This document shows positions 63,725 through 64,000 of a stretch of 64,000 nt of DNA, piece after piece (positions within the stretch are counted from its first letter, which is position 1; each line of letters begins with the position of its first letter). The notes under the pieces were generated by a model. It was given only the letters and a program-made list of their open reading frames with translations. It ran no database searches and was not told where the DNA came from. The position numbers and the translations under genes are program-made. The stretch spans positions 4,836,001-4,900,000 of the forward strand of contig CM035352.1 of NCBI GenBank assembly GCA_020137815.1, given 5' to 3'. This DNA is from Hormiphora californensis (lineage: Eukaryota > Animalia > Ctenophora).

Positions 63725-64000
63725 CTGTAGATCATAAGAAAAAAAAGCTATGTGTGTGTTTTTGTAAATGAAGTTCGTTGTTAATTTCGATCTGTTGAAG
63801 GATGAGGGGCCCAGGATGAGCGAAGGGGTATGAGGGGGTAACCAGGGGTAATTATATTGGTAACCAGGGGTAACTAGCCACATGACCGATCAGCATGACT
63901 GTTGATGTTTCTCCCCAATTCTTCCTCTCTCAGCGCCATGTGCTAACATCACAAGCATGCATGATAGAAAATGGAGGCCAATTGTTGAGATATAAAGTGA

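Overview
Eukaryotic animal genomic DNA with short GT-AG introns, abundant microsatellites and MITEs, and a 100-N scaffold gap (31654-31753). It is most likely a ctenophore such as Pleurobrachia; this is an inference from a spliced-leader-like sequence and a MITE I recall from that genome. Genes built by hand from splice signals: (1) a 2-exon class A GPCR; (2) a large + strand gene (at least 7650-23142) encoding LIM zinc fingers, a degenerate CAP/SCP domain, EPETVT repeats, a cluster of ten YxxM motifs and a long Glu/Pro-rich tail; (3) a complete 9-exon ALDH3 gene nested antisense in a 6-kb intron of gene 2; (4) a 62-aa stand-alone RIIa docking-domain microprotein; (5) DDX18; (6) a BEN-domain gene with a spliced-leader-like sequence sitting in the DNA at its 5' end; (7) an intronless SAM methyltransferase-like gene; (8) a tight co-oriented trio of GLE1, XPF/ERCC4 and a VWC-GT8 pseudo-glycosyltransferase. 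Bases 31754-45917 hold nested transposons: a CR1/L2-type LINE interrupted by an 85-bp element with a 9-bp TSD and by a full-length RNase H-bearing LINE, plus a Helitron-like element carrying an L2 3' fragment. About 38180-43070 is homopolymer noise, almost certainly a sequencing or assembly artefact.
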